64,000 nt of DNA from Utricularia gibba (Eukaryota > Plantae > Magnoliophyta): the NCBI GenBank assembly GCA_002189035.1, contig NEEC01000011.1:1364001-1428000 (forward strand), in the 5' to 3' direction. The translations under genes and the position numbers were made by a program. Shown piece after piece: positions 53,915 through 64,000 of the stretch. The first letter of the stretch is position 1. Every line of letters starts with the position of its first letter. The notes below the pieces were generated by a model. That model made no database searches. It worked only from the letters and a program-made list of their open reading frames with translations, and had not been told where the DNA came from.

Positions 53915-54199
53915 TAATAATTTTGGTGTTATGATGAGGTTAAGTAAGGGCAATAGTGATAGTTGAGTCAAGATACAAATAATAGAGAGTAGTTGAATTA
54001 AAATAAGTTCAATAAATTGATTGTTTGTTAGATTAAATGAATAAGAGGGAGGTGTTATAAACAAAATAGAAGATGAATTAGGGGAATTGACAAACTAAAC
54101 AAGAGAATTTTAAAATGACCTAATAATAACAAGTGAATGACAAAGAATATGTGATGAAAGTAAATAAAAGGAACATGAAATATTTTTTTGTTGGAATTT

Positions 54200-54327
54200 C
54201 TAAGCTCGGCTCGACTCACCTACCTTCATAGTGAGCTCAAGCTCAGACCGAGCCTGATAACCTGTGCTCAAGCTCGAGCTCGAGCAAGCTCTACACTTGA
54301 TTAAAGCCCGACCCGATTACACCCCTA
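54200..54327. mobile_element. hAT-like non-autonomous end fragment
   Basis: GCTCG/CGAGC subterminal repeats ending in TACACCCCTA (reverse complement TAGGGGTGTA), a common hAT terminal sequence. Confidence 0.5.
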
Positions 54328-54459
54328 CCTTATTTTACTCAAGATTGAAGTATATTGATCAACATTATTACTGAATTAAAGATGTTCTGGATAATAAGCA
54401 CATACACTTCGAAAAGATTTATATATGAAAAAAAACATATTAAATATGATAACTGTGAT

Positions 54460-54810
54460 GTGCAATTGATATCAAACAATAAATTGATCGTAAAATAAAA
54501 AAAAATAGATATAGAAATTTTACGTGATTCACTTCAAAATAAGATCTACATCTATAATTAACTTTGAGAAAAATTTATTATTTACCACGTTAAATATAAA
54601 AAGATTTATACTAGTAAATTGTTAGATTTTATCTTATTTATCCTCTTTTTAAAGATTCTATCAAACAAGAGTTATAAATAAGAATGAATAATATATTTAT
54701 TCTTTCTCTATTCTATCCTCGAAAGTCACTACAATTACTATAGAACTCATTCAGTAGAATTTGATCATATGCTTAAATAGGTTGTAAGGTTTTCAAACAA
54801 CATTCCCCTT
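54460..54810 (-). mobile_element. Possible degenerate LTR with polypurine tract
   Basis: On the - strand, AAGGGGAA is followed by TGTTG (caacattcccctt at ~54797-54809) and then LTR-like sequence. No partner LTR found. Confidence 0.3.
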
Positions 54811-56776
54811 TAAAAATAGAGGAGAATTGGACAGCCAACTCTGAAAAGTTGGTTGGCCACAAATTCATGTTTAACATTTTTTGAAAAAAATATTATGTGA
54901 ACTCTATGTGGAGCGATTTATGAATAACAAAGATATTTTTGAAAAAATCTTTGAATTCTATAAAAAACTCGTTGGAGTTATGCATGTATTGTGGGTGAGA
55001 GAATTGATAGTCTCTCCATATGTGGAGTCTATAGATTTAAAAATTAAAAAAAACGTGTGATTGATAGCTAACCTACTCTTCAATGTTGGTTTGCTGCTCA
55101 CCGTTATAAATAGAGAATTCATCCATTGCACTATATTGTCATCCCATTTGAGTGATGAATTATAGTTTTTAGTAAAAAATTGAATGATAGCTGAGGGTAT
55201 AATTGAGAAATAAGAATGATAGTATTTTTTTGTTTGTGTATCAAATCTGATAAAGTTTTTAATGGATAGATTAAAAAAATAGTGATAAAATCTGAAAATT
55301 TATGAGGATAAATTTATTTATATTCATTATAATGAATAATGAATTTTTTTCGAAATTGAATGTAGATGTAAACCTTTGTTTATAGTGATTCATATAAAAT
55401 TTTAGTATCTATTTTCTTGATTTTTTGATAAATTTATTATTTTGGTAATACTTTGCACAAAACCCCTCCAGAAATAAAGATTGCAGGAACTTGAAGTCAT
55501 TGAGCATCGACTTCGAAGGGAAGATTGCAAAATAGAAAAGAAAGATCAAGACCATAGATGAAGCGTTGGATTGATTGAGTGAAATATGAAAGATTAATGC
55601 CCACACATATGATAAACTTCCTAATATTAAGATAATAAAAAGCATGTCTATCCAATTAACCATAATGCACCAATTTAAGATTTTAAAAGTCATTAGATCC
55701 AATCTTGTGAAATTGATCTTCTTCTTTTGCCTCTGATTAAGGTGAATGAGGGCTCAATATGTAAAGTATGCCTTAAGGCCATTGAAGATATGGTTGGGTT
55801 TTTTTTCTCAATGTATTTGGCACGTTTATTGATTTTGGATAGTTACAGTATGGTTGCATTTTGTAAATTGTGTTCTTTTTAATGTATTGAGTTTATCAAA
55901 TGATTTCATTTTTTCTAGTATCACTTGTAAGCATGTTTGATCTCATCCATAAAAAAAATGTAAACTTATTGTAGATATACCGATTAATTTTAAATACAAA
56001 ATTTCAAAAATTGAAATATTATGATACGGTTTTTATTTTTCATTTTTGATAATATGGAAAGCACAAGAACACATTTAAAGAAGCAATTGTGGTGTTTGTA
56101 TCTAAAATCTTCGTTTTAAATTTTTGAGTAGCAAATATCGCAATTGCACTATTGTGATATATTATGAAATAATGTTTAAATGGAGAAAAAAGTGATGGAA
56201 ATTTGGTTATTTTAGAGTGAAAGCCCATGAAGAAATATTACACATACGTCACAAATAAAGGATTCTGATTTTAAAATAATAAAAATGTTTCCTATGGCAA
56301 TTTGATAGGAATCAGTTGCTTCGCTTTGCCTTCGTAATTTCTTGAAAAGTTACGGCCGGTGTTCTCGTCGGGTAACGTGAGTGTGAGCGCCCGCGGCTGT
56401 CTTGTCCCAGGAACCCGCCTTTTATTGTCTCTACTTGTGTGGGTTTCAAAGGGAATTGCTCGGTGGTGTCCTTGAAGTTTAATCGGTGTCTGAATTGGCA
56501 GTGGTCTCGCATCTGAGTGATTTTCGACGGTGAGATTTCAGCTTTTGATGCTTATTTTGTGACTGTCTCGAGGGTTTTATTTGATTAGTACATAAGATGC
56601 ACAAAACCCCTCTTTTTGGTCAATGAATTTTTTTTTTTTGTGTTTTGCTCTGGGGGTGTTGAACTGGATCATGGTGAAAGTATGAGTTTTGTAATTTGTT
56701 GTCTGCTGCTATAGAGGAGTTGATTCTTGTTTCTGCTTGTGTTTGTTTTCCTTAGGGGCTTAGAGTAGTTTTTTAG

Positions 56777-59700
56777 ATGGCTTCATATCGGCCGTTTCAT
56801 CCGCCTCCGCCGCCTCCGTCTGCATTTCCTCCTGCACAACCTCCGCCACCAAATCAAAACCCTCCGCCACCTCCGCCGCCTGCGCATGGGGGGAATCAAT
56901 ACTCTCAGAATTGGGGTCCTTACGGTTCAAGTGAGACTTCAAACTACAGTCAAAATTATTCTCAAGGTAACCCTGGTTCAAATTTTCACCGGCAGAACCT
57001 TAGTCTTCCACCCAGAAACCCGTTTCCTCCACAAAATCAACAACAATTTCACTATCAACCTCCTCCCCCGCCGGATGCTGCTTATCCTCCACCGCCTCCA
57101 CCTCCAGCTGCTCCTTCAGCTGCTCCTGCATACTTTCCAGTATCATCTCAATATCCTAATTTTGGTCAGCCTCCGCAAGTGCAGCCACCACCTCCTCCAC
57201 CCCCTCCTTCTTCGCCTCCACCCCCACCACCACCATCACATCCATCACCTCCTCCGCCGCAGTTGCCTAGTCAACCATCTTCCGGAGTCACTAAGGATAG
57301 TAAGCTTGATTCAGGGGCATACCATAAGACAGATGTCAAGCCTCCACTTCCAACGAGTGGTAAAAGATCAAGTGGAGAAATAACAGATAGAGTTGAAACT
57401 GAGGAGGAAAGGAGAGTAAGAAAAAAAAGAGAATATGATAAACAAAAACAAGATGAAAAAATGAAGCTGCATCTCAAGGAGTTGCAGAATAAGGCTCTCC
57501 AGAAAACTCAGGTGGTTGCTTCAGGTGTCAAAGGCCATGGGTCTATTAGTGGATCACATATGGGTGACAGGAGGAATATTCCATTAATGAGTAGTGACAG
57601 AGCTGAGAACCGGCTCAAGAAGCCAACAACATTCCTTTGCAAGATGAAGTAAGTATGTCTTAATAGTTTAATTGTGAGGAAAATTATTATCACATGTTAC
57701 TGAGTTTTATTCGAAAGTTACACTATGTGTGCTAGTAAGCTCCATGGGAAATATTGAGAAAGATTAGATTGTTGTTTATTTTCAGAACTTCCTGACCATC
57801 CTGTTATCATGTGGAATATTATGCAGCAGCTTAATCTGACTTTATTTCTCCTTTTTTTTCTTTGAGACCTCTCTCACCAAAAAAAATCACTCAAAACTAT
57901 CAAAACCTGATACTAGATTTTTCCTGCTGTGCATTCTATGTGATTTAAAATGTGGGATAGACAAGAAAAATTTGTTACCATATTCGTTTGGATATACTGT
58001 CCATCCATACTAAGCATTTGCTGTTACACATCGTTACCCTTTGTTTCAATTGTCAATGGTTTGGTTTGTTTTCCAATTTCTTGATTGTGTGCCATGTCAG
58101 GTATTTGGCTACAAAATTAAAGAAAACATCTCCTTTGCAACCTTTCTTTCCTGCGCCATTACTGTTTCTAAAAACATTACATGGCTGGTTGAATGAGTAT
58201 TACTTTTTCTTTTAAGCTCTGTGTTTCAGCTGGAAAAATCCCTTGTGATCTTGCAGGTTCCGAAATGAACTTCCTGATCCTTCTGCTAAGATGAAGCTGT
58301 TAAGTTTAAAACGGGATCCAGACCGGTACATCGCCTTGAGGCTGAATCACTGAATTGCATTTCAGATCGCATGTTAATCACTTTCTATGTTCTTGGGACG
58401 TGCAATCTTTTATCTACATTTTTTAAGCTATGATGTCACCATCTATATATGCTTTCGGCCTTTTTACCCGTGCTTTGTCTGAGCTGCCTTTTAATTATTC
58501 TTCAGTGGCAATTTTAAAAACATCAAATAGTTTTTTGAGATTCATTTTGACCTATCCTCATTTCATTTAGTAAACAAAGCTTTGAAATTTGCTAGCTTAT
58601 TTTTTAGTGACAGTATTGTGTTTTATCCACCAGTCTTTTTAGGCTGTTAGCGTATTGATTGCGTTTGTTTACAGTTACTGCAAATACCAAATCACGTCTC
58701 TAGAGAAAAACTGGAAGCCTCAGTTGCATGTGGAACCAGACCTTGGCATTCCTCTGGACCTTCTTGATCTGAGTGTGTACACGTAAGGACTCTAGCACCT
58801 TGTTTTCTTATCTTTTCTCTGTTGCTTTGTAATTCTTTATTTTGGTTTCATCGTTGAACAGCCCACCCAAGGGTGAAAGGATACCTCTTGACCCAAAGGA
58901 TGAGGAATTATTGCGTGATGATGATCAAGTTACGCCAGCCAAGACTGATGGTATAAGGATAAAAGAAAGACCGACAGATAAAGGTGTCTCTTGGCTTGTA
59001 AAAACTCAGTACATATCTCCACTAAGTATGGAGTCATCCAAGCAGGTAACAAATGATCGTCTACTGTGATTGCATTTAAACATAGTAACCAGTTGTTTGA
59101 GAAGTTGATTTTCTACTACAGTCACTTACTGAAAAACAAGCAAGGGAGTTGAAGGAGTCTAGAGATAGAGACCTTTTGGAGAACCTCAATAGTAGGTTAG
59201 TCATCTGGTTGGCTTATCAATATGATCTCATCTCTATGGTTACTTTATTCTATATCTTTTATTTAGGGAAAAGCAGATTAAAAATATCACTGCTTCATTT
59301 GAGGCATGCCGCTCAAAGCCTATCCATGCTACAAACCCCCAACTCCAGCCAAAAAGGATTCTCCCACTCTTTCCTGATTTTGACCGGTAAGACCTACTGT
59401 GGTATATGTATGCCTTTGCTCATATGGAAGTGGGGGAGGTTAATCATGTGTTTTATGCTATTTTGTGGTGGTGTTGAATTCTTTGTCGGACAAAATGGAG
59501 GATCATAGAACCCCCTTACATGAAAACCACAATATGCGTCCATTTGCTGATGTGCCTGTTACCCATCATTAATATTTTTTTTCATGTTTTTGTCTCAGGT
59601 GGGAAGATCGATTTGTAATAGCTACATTTGACAGCGCTCCCACAGTAGATTCGGAAATGTACGGCAGATTAACTCCACAGGAGCGTGAGGAGTTTGAACA

Positions 59701-60925
59701 GAGGGTGAGTAAAACCAAAAGACCATTCAAGTACTTTTTAGGACTGCTAGTACTGATTTTTCCCAATTTTGGAAAAAATTGATCAAGCTGATGGTTTTAA
59801 GCCTATATGTTTCCCACCTTTGGAAAAAAGAACAGATGCTTTGATATACTTTCTGAGGTGCATTTAACTTTAAAGGGCTTAAAAAGAAATGATGACTAGA
59901 AAAGACCTGTATTGCTAATTGTTGTTTCTTAGGTGTAGGAAACAAGTTTGTTTTCAAGGAGATTATGATTGCTGTCTTGTTTCTCATTCCTTGTTTCTAT
60001 TGAATGAGATAACTCATAGACAAATATTTCTGTAACGATCTGAGAAACACAAGAACTCCATATGTTTTGCAGGCAATTATGAAAAGCTACACTTCCTCAA
60101 GCTCCAATGGTGAAAAACCAGACAAATTTTTGGCCTACATGGTTCCTTCAGCAAATGAGGTAGAATTTCCTCACGTCATATGCAGATTTTTTTGTCGTGC
60201 ATGACAGAATTTTCTGTTAGGCTACCATGGAGAGCTTTACTTTTTGTCATTTGGTTTCAGCTTGAGAAGGACATGTATGATGAAAATGAAGATATTTCTT
60301 ATTCTTGGGTTCGCGAGTATCACTGGGACGTATGTCTTCGCTTCCAATTCTCATAAATTTCTTTTAGATGCAGCTTCATTCCCATGCTAACGCCTTGTCA
60401 TTGACCTAACAGCTCCGGAGTGATGATGCGGAGGATCCTACGACATACCTAGTGACATTTGGTGAAAATGAAGCAAAATACCTGGTTAATTAGTCTCTAT
60501 GAAGTGCCGTTTCCATTTAACTACCGGTGTCATTGCTCACGAATAACATATCAATGCAGCCACTTCCAACAAAGCTCGTTTTGAGGAAAAAACGTGCCAG
60601 AGAGGGGAAGCAAAGTGAAGACGCTGAACAGATTCGAGTTCCCAGTTCCATTACCGTTAGAAGGCGACCAAATGTGGCTGCCATGGAATTAAGAGAAGAG
60701 GCAAGCTTGCTTATACATTCAAGCTGTCCTTGCTACTTTGTCATCATTGAGCCCTGCTCTTAAATTCTTCCTGTCTTTCAGGATTATGCACCTTCTTCAA
60801 AAGGTCGTAACTTGAGCTCCAGAGGGAGAAGGGATGGTGTGGATAGACGCAACAATAGGCTGCACCGGGTTGTCGAAGACACTGACGGTGATAACTTCAG
60901 TGGGGCAGAAGATGATCTCGAGTAA
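56777..60925 (+). CDS. ELF7: PAF1 complex subunit Paf1 (EARLY FLOWERING 7 / VIP2)
   Basis: MASYRPF plus Pro-rich N-terminus, ETEEERRVRKKRE, ENRLKKPTTFLCKMK|FRNELPDP, VEPDLGIPLDLLDLSVY, ERPTDKGVSWLVKTQYIS, FLAYMVPS, YSWVREYHWD, PLPTKLVLRKKRAREG, ending FSGAEDDLE*. 12 exons by my reading; the last intron is GC-AG. Confidence 0.96.
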
Positions 60926-61789
60926 TTATTTGCTCTTCAGTGAAGGGGGTGAGACAGACTCCCCCTTTTTTTTTAGATTAAAGTTTCCATTACGATGAAG
61001 TGAGCGCATTCTTTTTTAGAATTTTCTGTATTTGCAACAAGATGGAGAAAACCAGTCCAATGGTTGTTTAACCCACTGCTTACACAAATTTTGGTCTCAT
61101 TACATTTTCCAGCGGAACAATGTGCTTCCCTTTCTTGTCTTTTGTTTTTAAGGATACTACAAAAAAGAGTTGGTATTGCCACTAGAGAGCGTAAAACGAA
61201 AATGGAAGCCATCGCAAGAGGCTAAAGAAAAGCTTCTTCATCAGCTCTAGCAACTGCCGAGTTTTACGTGTCTGGTACTTTCTATCAGACCAGAACATCT
61301 CAAGCCTTGGGGGAGTTGCAGTTCTCAAAGGTACCTCGATTTTTCAATTTCTTCTGTGATTAAATATCGTGGACTTATGAACTATGTTTACAAACTGAAA
61401 ATAAAAACTGGACCGATATGGGATCCGGTTTAGATTAAAATCTGATTTTGACCGGTCAAATCCGATTCTAATTTTTTAAAAAAGATATGAAATATTAATA
61501 AAATATGAAAAATCAATATCAAATATCAATTACACAATACAAAGTAAATTTAAAAATATAAGTTTTATGCATTTTTATTAATAAAAGCGTGAATATCGAA
61601 CTTTTCCACATTCTTGATGTCATCATGTTAATTTGTTCCCAATCAAATGGTATCTTCATTATCCATCTTTAGATTAATTATGTTAAGAATTCCATAATCT
61701 AAAATATCATCATATTAGATTGTTTTTAGAATTAGTAGGTTATCTTTATGACCAATTATATAATCAATTAATTATCAATAAAATCTAAT

Positions 61790-63249
61790 AATTTGAAACA
61801 GACTGATCCAAATATTTTCAAGTGTGCTAGGTCAAGCTTTGGTTGAACCAGAGCTCATAAGGTGATCGGTGTTCAATCACGCCTTTGGTTGAAAGGCGAT
61901 TAAGGATATATATGGAGGTTTGTACAGCTTTTCCCCAGAATCTCAGTGGAATTTTTTTCTCATATAAAAGGCACCTATCATGTTCATTATGGTGCGGTTT
62001 TTTCTTTCGCTGATACCATTTTGTTGTGGGGTGTAGGGTGCCAAGAACCTATGTGTCTTGTGAGCTTGCAGTAAGTACAAATGACCTCTGGATGCCACCA
62101 ACAAGCAGAGGGTAGTGGTTTTTCTATTTTCAGAAGGGGCATGGATTCTAATTGTTGGGTCTTTCTATGTTGATCGGAGATATCTTGACTTACAATTGAT
62201 CATATTGATGCATGGTGTGTGGGGTGGTTGCTTCTTGAGCTTGAAATGCAAACTCATGCGGATTTTGTTGCTCATAATTTAGTTGGCGCATTTCCACTCC
62301 TTTAAGGCCCTTTAGGACTTGTTTGGGAGTCATGGTGTGAATGCTACCATAAAAATAGCAGCATTGATTGTTGAGGTTTATTGAGTGGGAATTGTACTAA
62401 TAATCTTCATGCAGATTCTGTTGTCGTCGACTACTTCAGCTCATTGACCACTTTAGTCAGGTAGTCGTAGAAGTTGGATATGCTTTGTCCAAGTAGCATT
62501 TTAAGATTTTCAAATACTTGCCACTTCAGAGCTTTCTCAAGAACAAGAGTCTGCTGATTTTTTCCGTATGATTCAGCTAGAGTATTCCATGCCTCGAGTG
62601 GGGAGGAGCAATTGTTGATTAAGTCGTAAGCATCATCAATGACAGCTTGATCTAGTAGAGATTGAGCTCTGTTGACCTTTTTGGTACAAGTTTCCTTATC
62701 TGCATCAATGGTGAGTGGTTCTTGAAGAGAAGGGTCAAAGATCTCCCAAAGTTTTCAGGTTCGGAAGTAGTTGGTCATCTTTTTCGACCAGTTGACATAT
62801 TTGGCTGAGTTTCCATTGAAAGTGGGGGGAGGCTGGGAGAATCCGCTTTCCATGCTGCTGGTGGAGTTGTGATTGTAGAAGAAGGTTGGGTGTATGGATT
62901 AGAGTTCACGTTAGGTTCACCATGAAAGGAAACATTAGGTATATGAGAGTTTTGAGAAACTTTGTAGTGTTTGCTTGAATGCTTGTATCATTTTGAGATA
63001 TAATACAGGGTATTTATGAACCGTTAATGCCTCAGTAAGAGTTGTTGCCTTATCGTCATGTGCGTGTGGTCTTTGGGCTGTGGGCTTGAATGAGTGGACA
63101 CGGTAGTGAATCCAGCATTCATGACCTCAGTATTTGGCTCCTATCCAGCATGATAAGGCCTAAGTTCTTGAATCAGTGAGTCTTCGTCTTCTCGAACTTG
63201 CGACAAAGCTCGGGTGACTTGACGGTTTCCGGAGCTGACCATGCGAACA
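61790..63249 (-). mobile_element. Truncated Ty1/copia element: 5' LTR, PBS, gag and a partial integrase
   Basis: Putative LTR 63249-62923 (TGTTCG...TTTCA), PBS 62922-62905, gag MESGFSQPPPTFNGN...YVNWSKKMTNYF, AWNTL, CTYCKLTRH knuckle, then APYTPQQNGISERKNRTIMNMI..FWGKAV.TS.YILNR. Stops and shifts present; no 3' LTR. Confidence 0.85.
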
Positions 63250-64000
63250 TTCTTAGAGCCCTCAATTGGGTAATCATCCTCCAACAAATCACACCCATTA
63301 CATAAAAAGCCAATCTTTTTTCATCTATCGTCAATTCTTTCGTGAGGATAAAACACCAGCAATCCTAAAGAAGATGACGCTCACATTGACAACAATCTAC
63401 CATCAATCGTGTAGCCATTGGCCCAATGTCGACAAAGATGTCCCATTTCACACAAAAAACAGAAAAAAAAGCTTATAAGTTGAAAAGGGATATGCACACG
63501 AAAAAGTAGTATTACAAGTTTTATTCATCATTATCTGAATCTAGAAACCATGCCAAAAAATTAGATCCCGATCTTTGTTCTTTTTGAGTTAATCGGCAAT
63601 TCTGTACTGTCATAGAACACCACAGCCTACGAAATTGAAGATAGCTCCTGATCGAAATAAGACTGCTAGATGGTATCATATTTTATATAACATTTTTTAC
63701 AATTAAAAATTATTTTCCAATAATTAGATATAATTTTTAATATATCTTATATTTTCTAAAAAAATATAATTAAATTATTTTAAAGCATATATTATTTTTA
63801 GTAATTCATGATTTTTATCTAATTAAATACTATCTATAATCATATTATGGACATGTTATGTGTTTTGAATTTATTAAAGTGATTTTATTTAATTTTTAAA
63901 GATTTTAATATTTAATTGTTCAATATTAAAATTAAAAATTCAAATTATGTGATGAATTTTAAAATTATTAAATTTATTGAATTTCTGTTTTAGAGATTAA

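Noticed and set aside
56886-57383. 165-aa His/Leu-rich ORF in PAF1 exon 1
   Set aside because: It is an alternative frame of the Pro-rich low-complexity N-terminus.

Overview
Eudicot plant nuclear DNA with short GT-AG introns and very AT-rich intergenic stretches. There are no rRNA, tRNA or CRISPR features. Recognisable genes, in order: MBD10/11-like (partial, -), plastid ATP/ADP translocator NTT (+), LEA_2/NHL-like (-), kinesin-13B (-), a decayed intron-containing golgin GC5 copy (+), a bHLH68/133-like factor (-), THA8 (-), a broken VIT1 (-), annexin D5 (-), an HSL3/NUT-like LRR receptor kinase (-) and PAF1/ELF7 (+). Ty1/copia, hAT and Mutator-like remnants are also present. The most unusual feature is a rearranged ~23 kb block (30.4-53.9 kb) holding at least six copies or fragments of a small intronless gene family. 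The full-length member (30522-31255) has five PAM2-like poly(A)-binding-protein (MLLE) interaction motifs, built from a 123-bp tandem repeat and fused to a RING-H2 domain. It is a candidate multivalent PABP-docking E3 ligase. Its relatives include a PAM2/half-RING mini-ORF, two PAM2-only mini-ORFs and two RING-only fragments, all beside truncated host genes and a composite inverted duplication. Caveat: seven apparent -1 frameshifts in otherwise intact genes all fall at G/C runs. This pattern is best read as long-read consensus error until reads say otherwise.
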